DNA of 64,000 nt, from positions 41,788 to 105,787 of the forward strand of contig JAFYUI010000028.1 of NCBI GenBank assembly GCA_017549565.1, in the 5' to 3' direction. The notes beneath the pieces were generated by a model. It was not told the origin of the DNA, searched no databases, and saw only the letters and a list, made by a program, of their open reading frames with translations. Each line of letters opens with the position of its first letter. Within the stretch, counting starts at the first letter, position 1. This DNA is from Clostridia bacterium. Lineage in GTDB: Bacteria; Bacillota; Clostridia; Oscillospirales; Acutalibacteraceae. This document shows positions 1-10,654 of the stretch, one piece after another. The translations under genes and the position numbers were made by a program.

Positions 1-1184
1 CCAAAGCCACAGTCAGCAGTACGGACAATTTCGCCCTTACTGTCTAATATATATGCTTTTGTGTCTGAAATAAGGTATATATGATTATTTTTAAAGGCAA
101 TGTCGGTTATAATGCCGTTAAATTTAACCTCTAACTTCTTTTTACCGCTTTTGTTTGTCACTATAATGCGGTTGTCGGTTTTGTCGTTTTCGCGGTTATA
201 CAAAAGCAATGTACCTTTATTACTTTCGCGAAGCATTTGAAGATTATAATCGTTTTTATTTGTTTCGCACTTGAATTTATACCACCTTACAAAATCAAAG
301 GTGTTTGAGGTTGCAACCGCAACACCGCCTGAAAACGAGGTGCTTAAATTATAAATCAATTCGCCATTATATTGCTTTTCGAATTCAGCATTGGCAGATT
401 TAAAGTTTAAAATCATAAGCTTTGAATCAAAACCGCCAACCTTTGCCGAAAGTGTTGAAATGGCAATTTTTTTGCCGTTTCTTGCCACAGCGACATTGTT
501 TATCATATCATTTGCCGAAAACCATTCGTAAACCGGCTTATCACTTTTTTTATAAACCGAAACCTTGGCAACATAGCCCTTTGCGGTTGTAACCAATGCA
601 TAGGTGCCGTTATCACCTATTGCGGCGTTTATGATTTCATCCTCTAAGGTTATGGCAGACTCTAACTTCTTTAAGCTGAAAATTAAAGCATCGTTACCGC
701 CTTGGTTAAAGACAATAGCCCTTGTGTTTGAAGTTTTAATTACGGGGTTTTCAAAACCGTGGTTATAGGTGAAAATTACCTTGCCGCCATTTGAAACCGC
801 CTTGATTTCGCTATCAGTTAAGACATAGAAATACCCTTGCTTTGCCACAACATTGTTTGTGTTGGTGCTTTCAAATTCAATGGGAAATTCACCTGTACCC
901 ATTGCCGAAACGGTGGTTGAAAGCGTTTCGGGTATACCTGCGGGGATAGCAATTTGGCAAATAGTTATTGCCAAAATAACCACCAAAACGCCCGCCAAAA
1001 TAACCTGCCAACGCTTTCTAATTTCAGCTTTTTTGCCTTTTAAAAGCGTAAAGTTACCTTTTTTACGGGGTGTGGGCTCGTCCTCATCATATTTTATTTT
1101 GTTTTTCTTTGGCGCCATTTTGTGCTTGTCAGCTTTTGGCTGGGCGGCAAAACGGCTTCTGTGCTTTCGTTTATAATCAGGCAT
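1..1184 (-). CDS. membrane-anchored protein of unknown function; the C-terminal part lies beyond the window start
   Basis: A minus-strand frame stays open from the ATG at 1184-1182 to position 1. It is absent from the ORF track because there is no stop in the window. My translation is MPDYKRKHRSRFAAQPKADKHKMAPKKNKIKYDEDE...KRWQVILAGVLVVILAITICQIAIPAG..., i.e. a basic tail, one TM helix and a long beta-rich repeat region. The ATG overlaps the truA stop (ATGCCTGA). The plus-strand ORF 853..1176 lies antisense to it. Confidence 0.55.
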   Translation of the reverse strand, partial: MPDYKRKHRSRFAAQPKADKHKMAPKKNKIKYDEDEPTPRKKGNFTLLKGKKAEIRKRWQVILAGVLVVILAITICQIAIPAGIPETLSTTVSAMGTGEFPIEFESTNTNNVVAKQGYFYVLTDSEIKAVSNGGKVIFTYNHGFENPVIKTSNTRAIVFNQGGNDALIFSLKKLESAITLEDEIINAAIGDNGTYALVTTAKGYVAKVSVYKKSDKPVYEWFSANDMINNVAVARNGKKIAISTLSAKVGGFDSKLMILNFKSANAEFEKQYNGELIYNLSTSFSGGVAVATSNTFDFVRWYKFKCETNKNDYNLQMLRESNKGTLLLYNRENDKTDNRIIVTNKSGKKKLEVKFNGIITDIAFKNNHIYLISDTKAYILDSKGEIVRTADCGF

Positions 1185-1917
1185 CGTAAATTACCTTCTC
1201 TAAAAATAGTCCCTGTGGCGGTGCGGTCATACCCGCAGCGTCACGCTTTTTTGAATTTAAAATTTCATCGATATCGGTGGGGTTAATCCGTTTGTCCGAC
1301 ACCGCTACCGCTGTGCCCACAATAATTCGCACCATATTGTATAAAAACCCGTCAGCAGTAACGGTTAATGTAACATCATCACCGTTTTTTTCGACACAAC
1401 ATTCTTTAATTGTTCTAACAGTTGTTTCAACCGTTGCCCCTGCCGAGCAAAAGGCCGAAAAATCGTGTGTGCCAACAATTTTTTGGCAAAACTCGTTCAT
1501 TAAATCAATATTAAGCGAGCGTTCAATATGCCACGCATAACGGGTTTTAAAGGCATCCTTTTTATTGCTGTTGTAAATGTGGTAAATATAGGTTTTACCC
1601 AATGCATCATACCTTGCGTGAAAGTCGCTTTCAACCTCTTTAACACCCAAAACCGCAACAGTTGGCGGTAAAAGTGAATTTATACCCCGCAAAAATGCGG
1701 CATCGGGTATATTATCATCACAGTCAAGATGGCAACAAAAGCCGTTAGCGTGAACGCCTGCATCGGTACGGGAAGAGCCAATAACCGTAACCTTTTTAGA
1801 AAATAGCTTATAAAGTGCCTCCTCCAAAACACCCTGCACCGTTAAAAGCTCGGGCTGATATTGCCAACCGTGAAAATCGGTGCCGTCGTATGAAATTGTA
1901 AGCAGTACCCTTTTCAA
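1177..1917 (-). CDS. truA: tRNA pseudouridine(38-40) synthase TruA
   Basis: 246 aa. LTISYDGTDFHGWQYQP N-terminus and SSRTDAGVHA catalytic-Asp motif. TTG start 7 nt after AGGAGG. Confidence 0.95.
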   Translation of the reverse strand: MKRVLLTISYDGTDFHGWQYQPELLTVQGVLEEALYKLFSKKVTVIGSSRTDAGVHANGFCCHLDCDDNIPDAAFLRGINSLLPPTVAVLGVKEVESDFHARYDALGKTYIYHIYNSNKKDAFKTRYAWHIERSLNIDLMNEFCQKIVGTHDFSAFCSAGATVETTVRTIKECCVEKNGDDVTLTVTADGFLYNMVRIIVGTAVAVSDKRINPTDIDEILNSKKRDAAGMTAPPQGLFLEKVIYDA

Positions 1918-1938
1918 AACGGCACCTCCTGAAATTTT

Positions 1939-2748
1939 TTATAAAAAGATGTTTAAAAGAATAATACCTGCGCCAAAGCAAAGGGTGAATATGGTTATTA
2001 CCAAATCCCTAAAATGAAGTCTTAACTGCTTCATACGGGTTTTACCCTCGCCTGAATTATAACAGCGACATTCCATAGCGTCAGCAAGCTCTGCCGCGCG
2101 GCGAACCGATGAAAACAAAAGCGGAATTAAAATTGGTATAAGCGCCTTTATTTTTTCTTTAAAATTGCCGCTTTCAAGGTCGGCACCCCTTGCCTTTTGG
2201 GCATTCATAATTTTTTCGGCCTCTTCAACAAGGGTTGGTATAAACCTTAACGCAATTGTCATCATCATTGCAATGGTGTGCACCGCAGTTTTAAGCCCCA
2301 AAAATTTTAAGGGTGAAAACAAACTTTCAATAGCATCGGTTAAATCGTTTGGGGTGGTTGTATAGGTTAAGGTTGCGCTGATAATTATTAAAAGCATAAT
2401 TCTTGACGCCATAAACCCTGCGTGTGATAAGCCACCTGTTGTAACATTAAGCTTGCCGAAAATACTGAAAAGCACCTCACCCTCGCCATAAAAGGCGTTA
2501 ATAACGGCGGTGAAAATTAAAATCGGTAAAACCGCTTTTAAATTTTTAAGATACATTTTTACGGGAATTTTTGTGATAATCATTGAAAAAAGCACAAAAA
2601 GCGCCGAAAGCAAAAGCCCCCAATAGTTTTGCGCCAAAAAGATGAAAACAATAACTGCAACAAGCAAAACAATTTTAACGCGTGGGTCGGCACGGTGTAT
2701 CACTGATTTAGAATCAAAATACTGACCGAAGGTTATATCTTTAAGCAT
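1939..2748 (-). CDS. ecfT: energy-coupling factor (ECF) transporter transmembrane component EcfT
   Basis: Polytopic membrane protein beginning MLKDITFGQY with the ARG coupling motif (AQKARGADL). ATG at 2748 follows AGGTGA; the track's GVM extension from the GTG at 2757 is less likely. Follows the two ECF ATPases. Confidence 0.9.
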   Translation of the reverse strand: MLKDITFGQYFDSKSVIHRADPRVKIVLLVAVIVFIFLAQNYWGLLLSALFVLFSMIITKIPVKMYLKNLKAVLPILIFTAVINAFYGEGEVLFSIFGKLNVTTGGLSHAGFMASRIMLLIIISATLTYTTTPNDLTDAIESLFSPLKFLGLKTAVHTIAMMMTIALRFIPTLVEEAEKIMNAQKARGADLESGNFKEKIKALIPILIPLLFSSVRRAAELADAMECRCYNSGEGKTRMKQLRLHFRDLVITIFTLCFGAGIILLNIFL

Positions 2749-3604
2749 TTCGGTCACCTGCCTTTATTTTCTTTAATGCCTCCACCGCATTTTCAACCGT
2801 AAAAACATTATTCGGCACATTTAAGCCCTTTTCACGAAGACGGTCAAACACGCGGGTAACTATCGGCACATTAAGCCCGATTTCGCGAAGCTTATCACCC
2901 TGCTTGAAAACCTCCTCGGTTTTATCAAACATTACAACCTCGCCCTTAGACATAACCAAAAGCTTGTCCGCCATTTGTGCCATATCCTCCATACTGTGAG
3001 AAATGATGATAACTGTGGCATTAAATGCGTGGCGGTATTCGTTTATAACCTTAATAATTTCCTGTCTGCCTTGTGGGTCAAGCCCTGCGGTCGGCTCGTC
3101 AAAAACAATTATTTCAGGGCGCATTGCCATAACACCCGCAATAGCAACCCTGCGCTTCTCACCGCCCGACAAATCAAAGGGTGATTTTTCTAAATATTCA
3201 TCCTTTACGCCGATAAGACGGCAGGTGTCTAAAACCCGTTTTTTAAGCTCGTCACCCGAAACACCCATATTTTTAGGGCCAAAGGCAATGTCTTTAAAAA
3301 CGGTTTCTTCAAAGAGCTGATATTCGGGATACTGAAAAACAAGCCCAACCTTTGAACGAATTTTTCTAATTTCCTTTGGTTTATCCCAAATATTGCTGTC
3401 ATCTATTAAAATTTCGCCCTTTGTCGGCTTTAAAATGCCGTTAAGGTGCTGAACAAGTGTTGATTTACCCGAACCTGTGTGGCCGATAATACCTATCATT
3501 TCACCCGCTTCAATGGTAAAGCTTACATCATTAACGGCATCGTTTATGAAGGGTGTATTTCCGCCATAGCTGTGGCTAAGGTTTTTAACCTGTAAAACTG
3601 ACAA
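2741..3604 (-). CDS. ecfA2: ECF transporter ATP-binding protein EcfA2
   Basis: Walker A GHTGSGKST, signature LSGGEKRRVAIAG, Walker B IIVFDEPTAGLD. Second of a tandem ATPase pair upstream of ecfT. TTG start. Confidence 0.92.
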   Translation of the reverse strand: MSVLQVKNLSHSYGGNTPFINDAVNDVSFTIEAGEMIGIIGHTGSGKSTLVQHLNGILKPTKGEILIDDSNIWDKPKEIRKIRSKVGLVFQYPEYQLFEETVFKDIAFGPKNMGVSGDELKKRVLDTCRLIGVKDEYLEKSPFDLSGGEKRRVAIAGVMAMRPEIIVFDEPTAGLDPQGRQEIIKVINEYRHAFNATVIIISHSMEDMAQMADKLLVMSKGEVVMFDKTEEVFKQGDKLREIGLNVPIVTRVFDRLREKGLNVPNNVFTVENAVEALKKIKAGDRNA

Positions 3605-3607
3605 TTT

Positions 3608-4453
3608 TTAATTTTCCTCCAAGTAATGCATAATTGCATCGGCAGTTTCCTCTATCGACAAAACATCAGTAGGAACTGCCATTCCATTTTGATTTAAGGC
3701 ATATAAAAGCTCGGTCGTTTGGGGAACATCAAGCCCAACCGATTTAAGCATTTTAACATTTTTAAAAATTTCTTTAGGTGTGCCGTCGGCAATAAATTCG
3801 CCATCATTCATAACAAGCACACGGTCGGCTTTTTCGGCCTCCTCCATATAGTGTGTTATAAGCACAACCGTAATGCCCTTTTCTTTATTAAGGCGCAAAA
3901 TTGTGTTTATAATTTCCGCCCTGCCCTTTGGGTCAAGCATAGCGGTCGGCTCGTCCAAAACGATACATTCGGGCTCTAACGCAATTATGCCCGCAATGGC
4001 AATTCTTTGCTTTTGACCGCCCGACAAATGATGCGGTGTAGAATTTCTAAATTCATACATACCAACCGCTTTTAAGGCCTCATCCACACGCTGTCTTATG
4101 ACCTTGGGCTCAAGCCCCAAATTTTCGGGGCCGAAAGCGACATCCTCCTCCACAATAGAGGCAACAAGCTGATTATCAGGGTTTTGGAAAACCATACCAA
4201 CCTTTTTCTTTATAAGGAATTCGTTTTCTTCGTCCCTTGTATTGATGCCGTCAACTAAAATATCACCGCTTGACGGCCTATTAAGACCGTTAAGCATTTT
4301 TGCCAAGGTAGATTTGCCAGAGCCATTATGTCCCAAAATAACAGTAAAACTGCCCTTTTCAATATTAAGCGAAACATTATTAACGGCGGTATATTCTACC
4401 TCATCCTCGACATAGTTGTAAGTTACATTTTTTATTTCAATAATATTGCTCAT
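3608..4453 (-). CDS. ecfA1: ECF transporter ATP-binding protein EcfA1
   Basis: Walker [37 protein letters not shown] at 4453 forms an ATGA overlap with the stop of the upstream methyltransferase; the track start at 4465 is a TTG. Confidence 0.92.
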   Translation of the reverse strand: MSNIIEIKNVTYNYVEDEVEYTAVNNVSLNIEKGSFTVILGHNGSGKSTLAKMLNGLNRPSSGDILVDGINTRDEENEFLIKKKVGMVFQNPDNQLVASIVEEDVAFGPENLGLEPKVIRQRVDEALKAVGMYEFRNSTPHHLSGGQKQRIAIAGIIALEPECIVLDEPTAMLDPKGRAEIINTILRLNKEKGITVVLITHYMEEAEKADRVLVMNDGEFIADGTPKEIFKNVKMLKSVGLDVPQTTELLYALNQNGMAVPTDVLSIEETADAIMHYLEEN

Positions 4454-5316
4454 TTTTTCATCCAAATAGTTGTATTGCCTGCCGGCATACTGAAGCCCTT
4501 GTTTGTAATTGGTAAACCGATTTCATCGGTGAAAACCTCGCCCTCACGCTTACCGACAACATATTCTTTAACCATATAATTTAAAATTGTGGGTGAAAGC
4601 CCTGCGGTGTAGGAATTTAAAAAGAAGAACAAAGCATTATCCGATAATAGCTTGCCAGTTTCGGTCAAAAGTTCGGTCAGCTGCTGCTCTAATTTCCAAA
4701 CCTCACCATTAGGACCCCGCCCGTAAGACGGTGGGTCCATAATAATAGCATCGTATTTATTACCGCGCCTGATTTCACGCTTGACAAACTTTAAGCAGTC
4801 ATCCACAAGCCAGCGGACATTACCGTCAGCAAGGCCTGATGCGGCGGCGTTTTCCTTTGCCCATTGCACCATACCCTTTGAAGCATCAACATGGGTGACA
4901 GTCGCCCCCGCAGAAAGACAAGCAACCGTTGCGCCACCTGTATAAGCGAATAAATTTAAAACCTTAATTTCGCGGTCTTCATTTTCAATAAGCTTTTTAG
5001 CCAAAGCCCAATTCACCGCTTGCTCGGGGAAAAGGCCTGTGTGCTTAAAACCCATGGGTTTTAGGCGAAAGGTTAAATCGTCAAACTTAATGCTCCAAAC
5101 ATCTGGCACACTTTTAAGGCGTTGCCAATAACCGCCACCCGAATTTGAACGGTGATAAATTGCATTTGCATTGTACCAACGCTTATCATTGCGCTCGCCC
5201 GACCAAATAACCTGTGGGTCAGGTCTTATAAGCAAAATATCGCCCCAGCGTTCAAGTCGTTCGCCCGAATCGGCATCAATTAGTTCATAATCTTTAAAAT
5301 TTTCAACTGTTCTCAT
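4450..5316 (-). CDS. class I SAM-dependent methyltransferase (RlmI/RlmK-like rRNA methyltransferase family)
   Basis: 288 aa. SAM-binding [12 protein letters not shown] and catalytic [10 protein letters not shown] motifs. Confidence 0.8.
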   Translation of the reverse strand: MRTVENFKDYELIDADSGERLERWGDILLIRPDPQVIWSGERNDKRWYNANAIYHRSNSGGGYWQRLKSVPDVWSIKFDDLTFRLKPMGFKHTGLFPEQAVNWALAKKLIENEDREIKVLNLFAYTGGATVACLSAGATVTHVDASKGMVQWAKENAAASGLADGNVRWLVDDCLKFVKREIRRGNKYDAIIMDPPSYGRGPNGEVWKLEQQLTELLTETGKLLSDNALFFFLNSYTAGLSPTILNYMVKEYVVGKREGEVFTDEIGLPITNKGFSMPAGNTTIWMKK

Positions 5317-5327
5317 AAAATCTCACT

Positions 5328-6368
5328 TTAAAAAATTGATTGCTGTGTGTTTTTGTCGTTAAACTGAAGTCCTAAATGGTCGTATGCCAATTTAGTAACG
5401 CATCTGCCCCTTGCAGTTCTTGTTAAAAAGCCAATTTGCATTAAATATGGCTCGTAAACATCCTCAATAGTAACCGCTTCCTCACCCATTGCCGCCGCCA
5501 AGGTGTCAAGACCAACGGGACCGCCGTTATAAGCAGTTATGATGGTAGAAAGCATTTTGCGGTCAAAGTCATCAAGGCCAAGTTCATCAATTTCAAACCT
5601 TGCCAAAGCCGACTGTGCAACCTTTTCGGTGATTTCACCGTCAAATTCAACCTGTGCAATATCACGCACACGCTTTAAAAGGCGGTTTGCAATACGGGGT
5701 GTCCCGCGGGAGCGTGAAGCGATTTCTAAAGCGCCGTCCTTATCAATGCCAATGCCCAAAATCCCTGCCGAACGGGTAACAATTTGTGCTAACTGTTCGG
5801 GTGTGTAAAGTTCAAGTCGCAAAAGCACACCAAAGCGGTCACGAAGCGGGGCGGTAAGCTGACCCGAACGGGTTGTGGCGCCCACAAGCGTAAACTTTGG
5901 CACATCAAGGCGAATTGAACGGGCTGACGGGCCCTTGCCCAAAATTATATCAAGTGAAAAATCTTCCATTGCGGGATATAAAATTTCCTCAACATTACGG
6001 GGCAAGCGGTGAATTTCATCAATAAAAAGCACATCCCCCTCGTTAAGTGAGGTTAAAATTGCCACCAAGTCGCCCTGCTTTTCAATAGCGGGACCCGAGG
6101 TCACACGAAGATTAACCCCCATTTCCCTTGCAATAATGCCCGAAAGGGTGGTTTTACCAAGACCGGGAGGGCCATATAAAAGCACATGGTCAAGCGCCTC
6201 TTTACGCTGTAATGCCGCTTTAATATAAATTCTTAAATTTTCTTTAACCTTATCTTGCCCGATATAATCGTCCAAGGTGGTTGGTCTTAAAGATAATTCA
6301 GCCGTATCTTCATAGCTATATTCAGGTGAAACGATACGGTTTTCAAAATCCATTTCCTGTTCAATCAT
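5328..6368 (-). CDS. ruvB: Holliday junction branch migration DNA helicase RuvB
   Basis: 346 aa. AAA+ Walker [10 protein letters not shown], Walker [10 protein letters not shown], RuvB C-terminal winged helix. Confidence 0.97.
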   Translation of the reverse strand: MIEQEMDFENRIVSPEYSYEDTAELSLRPTTLDDYIGQDKVKENLRIYIKAALQRKEALDHVLLYGPPGLGKTTLSGIIAREMGVNLRVTSGPAIEKQGDLVAILTSLNEGDVLFIDEIHRLPRNVEEILYPAMEDFSLDIILGKGPSARSIRLDVPKFTLVGATTRSGQLTAPLRDRFGVLLRLELYTPEQLAQIVTRSAGILGIGIDKDGALEIASRSRGTPRIANRLLKRVRDIAQVEFDGEITEKVAQSALARFEIDELGLDDFDRKMLSTIITAYNGGPVGLDTLAAAMGEEAVTIEDVYEPYLMQIGFLTRTARGRCVTKLAYDHLGLQFNDKNTQQSIF

Positions 6369-6371
6369 TTA

Positions 6372-6974
6372 TTAAAGCCCCCTTGCAAGAGATTTAAGTG
6401 AAAGCTTAATAAGCTCTTCAACCGAAAGCGACTGGTCTTGCTTTGAAACCACAAGAGATGCCTCGCTTTGTGAATAGCCAAGTGCCACCAAAGCCGCTAC
6501 CGCTTCTTTTGAATTTGTGTTAACAGTCACATTGCCGACTGCCTTAATATCAATAGTATCGCCACTTTCAAGTGAACCGATTTTATCCTTTAATTCCAAA
6601 ACAATGCGCTGTGCCAATTTTATACCAACACCGCTTGCCGCAGTAAGTGCCTTGGGGTCGTTACTTGCAATATACAAAGTCAACTGCGATGCCGTAAATT
6701 CCGACAAAAGTGCAAGACCGATTTTACTGCCCACACCGCTTACCGAGGTTATAAGCTTAAATGTTTCTAATTCCTCAACATCCCAAAAGCCATATAAATC
6801 CATAGCGTCCTCACGCACAACCATATAGGTGTTAAGAAAGACATCTTCATTTATTTGCGGCAGCTTGTACAAGGTATTTTTTGTAACAAAGCATTTAAAC
6901 CCAACGCCCGAGCATTCAATAATGGCTGAGGTGTTGTCCTTATAAATTAGTTTTCCTCTAAGAGATGCTATCAT
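6372..6974 (-). CDS. ruvA: Holliday junction branch migration protein RuvA
   Basis: 200 aa. MIASLRGKL... N-terminal OB fold, HhH region (VSGVGSKIGLALL / ASGVGIKLAQRIV). Lies between ruvC and ruvB. Confidence 0.95.
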   Translation of the reverse strand: MIASLRGKLIYKDNTSAIIECSGVGFKCFVTKNTLYKLPQINEDVFLNTYMVVREDAMDLYGFWDVEELETFKLITSVSGVGSKIGLALLSEFTASQLTLYIASNDPKALTAASGVGIKLAQRIVLELKDKIGSLESGDTIDIKAVGNVTVNTNSKEAVAALVALGYSQSEASLVVSKQDQSLSVEELIKLSLKSLARGL

Positions 6975-6978
6975 ATTT

Positions 6979-7464
6979 CTATCTCCTTAAAACAGAATCA
7001 GAATAATGTCCGTGACAAATTGCAATGGCAAGTGCGTCGGCAGTGTCGTCGGGCTTGGGAATTTTTGCAAGGTTTAAAAGACTTTTTACCATTTCCATTA
7101 CCTGATGCTTTTCAGCCCTGCCATAGCCCGTAACCGCCTGCTTTACTTGAAGCGGTGTGTATTCATTCACCTTAACGCCCCTTTGCTTTGCTGCAAGGAT
7201 TATAACTCCCCTTGCCTCAGCAACCGCAATAGCAGTGGTAGAGTTTGTGTTAAAATAAAGCTTTTCTATCGAAATTTCATCGGGCCCAAATTTATCAATA
7301 ACCGTTAAAACATCGTTATAAATATCTAAAAGACGGTCTTCAAGCGGGGTGTGTGCCTTTGTGGTAATTGCGCCGTAACCAACCGTCGCAAAACGGTTTT
7401 TATTATAATCAACCACACCATAACCCACTATCGCATACCCTGGGTCAATACCTAAAATTCGCAT
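6979..7464 (-). CDS. ruvC: crossover junction endodeoxyribonuclease RuvC
   Basis: MRILGIDPGYAIVGYG N-terminus with catalytic Asp. ATG at 7464 is 7 nt after GAGG; the track adds two residues from a GTG. Confidence 0.95.
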   Translation of the reverse strand: MRILGIDPGYAIVGYGVVDYNKNRFATVGYGAITTKAHTPLEDRLLDIYNDVLTVIDKFGPDEISIEKLYFNTNSTTAIAVAEARGVIILAAKQRGVKVNEYTPLQVKQAVTGYGRAEKHQVMEMVKSLLNLAKIPKPDDTADALAIAICHGHYSDSVLRR

Positions 7465-7613
7465 TACCACGCCTCACTTTTAAAAATGCCGATACTTTTG
7501 GCATTATAATTCATAATATTATATCACAAATATATAAATTGAGCAACTATTTTTTATATAATAATATAATAAAAATATTTTGTAATAAATTGTAGAAAAA
7601 ACATATTTACCAC

Positions 7614-7642
7614 TTGACTTTTGTGCTATTTCAATGTATAGT
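7614..7642 (+). promoter_or_regulatory. sigma-A type promoter for the pot operon (TTGACT-17 nt-TATAGT)
   Basis: TTGACT at 7614-7619, 17-nt spacer, TATAGT at 7637-7642. This leaves a leader of about 240 nt before the potA ATG. Confidence 0.55.
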
Positions 7643-7890
7643 TTTTATCGTGTAAAGTGTATACTTTCCAAAGCATCTTGTGTAGAGTGCTGTTTCAGAT
7701 TTTATGCCGTAGTTTCCGCTGAAATTTTATGCGAGAAAACTATGAAAAACCCTTTGTTCAGGGCATATTACGAGGAAATGGCGGGTATCGAGCAAGATTG
7801 GTGCAAAAATGTGGCTCTATCATTTTTAGCACCGAAAAAACTATTCTTGTTTCGACACTTGTGTGTTGAACAAAGGGGGATGCTTTCTTT

Positions 7891-9009
7891 ATGAATAAAG
7901 AAAATATTGTACAACTCAAAAATATATCTGTTTCCTTTGACGAGCAGGTCATTTTAGACAACCTTAGTCTTGACATTAAAGACAAGGAGTTTATAACCTT
8001 TTTGGGCCCGTCAGGTTGCGGTAAAACCACCACTCTCCGTCTTATTGCAGGGTTTTTAGAGCCCGACGAGGGTGATGTTTTATTTGAGGGCAAAAAAATA
8101 AATGGTGTGCCTGCTTACAAGCGTCAGGTTAACACCATTTTTCAGCGTTATGCCCTTTTCCCACACCTTAATGTTTATGAAAATGTTGCTTTCGGTTTAC
8201 GCATTAAAAAGCTGCCCGAAAACGAAATTAAACAAAAGGTTGAAGAAATGTTAAAGCTTGTAAACCTTTCAGGTCTTGAAAAAAGACATATCGATACTCT
8301 TTCGGGCGGTCAGCAGCAACGCGTTGCCATTGCACGCGCTATTGCAAATCACCCCAAGGTTTTACTTTTGGATGAACCCCTTGCCGCTTTGGACTTAAAG
8401 CTTCGCAAGGATATGCAAAAGGAACTTAAAAAAATTCAACAACAGCTTGGCATTACCTTTGTGTTTGTAACACACGACCAAGAGGAAGCGCTTACAATGT
8501 CTGACCGCGTGGTTGTTATGGACGGCGGTAAAATTCAGCAAGTGGGCACACCGCAGGATATTTATAACGAGCCGCAAAACGCCTTCGTTGCTGACTTTAT
8601 CGGTGAATCAAACATTGTTGACGGTAAAATGATTAAGGACTTTTATGTTGAATTTTCGGGCGCAAAATTTGACTGTCTTGACAAGGGCTTTGATAAAAAC
8701 GAACTTGTCGATGTTGTTGTAAGACCCGAGGATGTTGACATTGTACCGGTTGACAAGGGTATGCTTACAGGTGTTGTTACCTCGGTTTCATTCCTTGGTG
8801 TGCATTATGAAATTATTGTTGACATTGGCGGTTTTAAATGGATGATTCAAACCACCGATGAGCACTTTGTTGATGATAAGGTTGGGCTTTATATCGAGCC
8901 CGACGCTATCCATATTATGAAAAAATCGGAATATTCCGGTCTTTACGGCGACTATTCAAGCTATAGCGAAGAAATCGACCACCTCTCCGACATTATCGAG
9001 GAGGAATAG
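7891..9009 (+). CDS. potA: spermidine/putrescine ABC transporter ATP-binding protein PotA
   Basis: Walker [36 protein letters not shown]-terminal TOBE-like domain. RBS AAGGGGGA. First gene of potABCD. Confidence 0.93.
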   Translation: MNKENIVQLKNISVSFDEQVILDNLSLDIKDKEFITFLGPSGCGKTTTLRLIAGFLEPDEGDVLFEGKKINGVPAYKRQVNTIFQRYALFPHLNVYENVAFGLRIKKLPENEIKQKVEEMLKLVNLSGLEKRHIDTLSGGQQQRVAIARAIANHPKVLLLDEPLAALDLKLRKDMQKELKKIQQQLGITFVFVTHDQEEALTMSDRVVVMDGGKIQQVGTPQDIYNEPQNAFVADFIGESNIVDGKMIKDFYVEFSGAKFDCLDKGFDKNELVDVVVRPEDVDIVPVDKGMLTGVVTSVSFLGVHYEIIVDIGGFKWMIQTTDEHFVDDKVGLYIEPDAIHIMKKSEYSGLYGDYSSYSEEIDHLSDIIEEE

Positions 9010-9014
9010 CATAA

Positions 9015-9842
9015 ATGAACAAAAAAAGTTTTGGCAGTCAGCTTTTGGCGGCGCCCCACATTGTGTGGTCGGTTCTCTTTACTGTTGTGCCGCTTTTTAT
9101 AATGCTTTATTTTGCATTTACAAACGCTGACGGTGTATTCACCCTTGAAAACATAAAGCAAATCGGCCTTTATAAAAAGGCGTTCGGCATTTCAATCTTA
9201 TATGCTGTAATTGCAACCCTTATCACCCTTCTAATTGCCTATCCAATGGCATATTTTATGACAAAGGTCAACATTTCATCTCAGCGTATGCTTATGATGA
9301 TTGTTATGATTCCTATGTGGATGAACTTTTTAATCCGTACATATTCTTGGATAACAATTTTAGCCAACACAGGTATCATTAACACATTTTTAAAAAGCAT
9401 TGGTCTTGGCCCCGTAAAGCTTATCAACACCCCAGGCGCTGTAATTCTTGGTATGGTTTACGACTTTTTGCCTTATATGATTTTGCCGATTTATTCGGTT
9501 ATGTCTAAAATTGATAAATCACTTTTAGAAGCATCAGAAGACCTTGGTTCTAATGCCTTTAACAAGTTTAGACGGGTTATTTTGCCACTTAGCCGCCCCG
9601 GTATTATTTCGGGTATTACAATGGTGTTTGTGCCATCGGTTAGTACCTTCTATATTTCACAAAAGCTTGGCGGTAACAAAACCATGCTCGTGGGCGATGT
9701 TATTGAATATTTCTTCAATGCAGGGCCTGATTATTACAATGTTGCATCAGCTATTTCAATGGTGCTTATGATAATGATTTTGGTTTGTATGGTTATTATG
9801 AACCGCTTTTCAGACGATGACAGCGAGGGGGTAATTATATGA
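9015..9842 (+). CDS. potB: spermidine/putrescine ABC transporter permease PotB
   Basis: 6-TM permease with EAA loop EASEDLGSNAFNKFRRVILP. Confidence 0.9.
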   Translation: MNKKSFGSQLLAAPHIVWSVLFTVVPLFIMLYFAFTNADGVFTLENIKQIGLYKKAFGISILYAVIATLITLLIAYPMAYFMTKVNISSQRMLMMIVMIPMWMNFLIRTYSWITILANTGIINTFLKSIGLGPVKLINTPGAVILGMVYDFLPYMILPIYSVMSKIDKSLLEASEDLGSNAFNKFRRVILPLSRPGIISGITMVFVPSVSTFYISQKLGGNKTMLVGDVIEYFFNAGPDYYNVASAISMVLMIMILVCMVIMNRFSDDDSEGVII

Positions 9843-10654
9843 AAACTCTCTCACGCCTTTATATTGCTTTAATTCTTTTATTTCTTTATGCGCCCGTTGC
9901 CGTAATGATTATTTTCTCATTTAATTCATCAGGCAGCGTGTGGGTGTTTGAGGGCTTTTCATTTGACTGGTACAAGGGCTTAATGTCCGATACCACAATG
10001 CTTACCGCCCTTGAACACACCCTTATTGTTGCGGTTTTGTCGGCACTAATTTCCACCGTTTTAGGCACCGCCGCCGCTGTGGGCATTTTGGCAATACGCA
10101 AAAAAATTGCAGCATCTACCGTTATGTCAATTACAAACATACCAATGATGAACGCCGACATTGTAACAGGTGTTTCTCTAATGCTTTTATTTATTTTTGT
10201 TGGCAACTTATTTGCTCTTCGCGAGTCACTTGGATTTGCAACAGTGCTTATAGCACACATAACCTTTAATTTGCCTTATGTTATTTTATCGGTTATGCCC
10301 AAGCTTCGCCAAACCGACGCTAACCTTGTTGATGCGGCTATGGACCTTGGCTGTACACCCTTTAAAGCATTTTTTAAGGTTATTTTACCTTCAATTTCAA
10401 CAGGTATTGCAACAGGTGCAATTATGGCTTTTACCCTTTCGCTTGACGACTTTGTAATAAGCTATTTCACCTGCGGTAAATACCAAACTTTGCCGATTGT
10501 TATTTACAATATGACCAAAAAATCGGTAACTCCTGACACTTACGCACTTTCAACTATAATTTTTATTGCGGTTTTCGTGCTTTTGATTTTGTATAATATG
10601 CTTCAAACAAAAAGCGAAAAACAAACCGCTATGAGAAAGGTGGGCGCCAAATGA
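9839..10654 (+). CDS. potC: spermidine/putrescine ABC transporter permease PotC
   Basis: 6-TM permease with EAA loop DAAMDLGCTPFKAFFKVILP. 4-nt overlaps with both neighbours. Confidence 0.9.
   Translation: MKTLSRLYIALILLFLYAPVAVMIIFSFNSSGSVWVFEGFSFDWYKGLMSDTTMLTALEHTLIVAVLSALISTVLGTAAAVGILAIRKKIAASTVMSITNIPMMNADIVTGVSLMLLFIFVGNLFALRESLGFATVLIAHITFNLPYVILSVMPKLRQTDANLVDAAMDLGCTPFKAFFKVILPSISTGIATGAIMAFTLSLDDFVISYFTCGKYQTLPIVIYNMTKKSVTPDTYALSTIIFIAVFVLLILYNMLQTKSEKQTAMRKVGAK

Noticed and set aside
853-1176. Plus-strand 107-aa ORF from the track
   Set aside because: It lies antisense to a longer open minus-strand frame that has a proper start overlapping the truA stop. It has a TTG start with no RBS and a low-complexity hydrophobic translation.
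7758-8093. Minus-strand 111-aa ORF overlapping the potA 5' end
   Set aside because: It is the antisense shadow of the ABC Walker-A region (VVLPQPDGP-type translation). It has no RBS and would collide with the well-supported potA.
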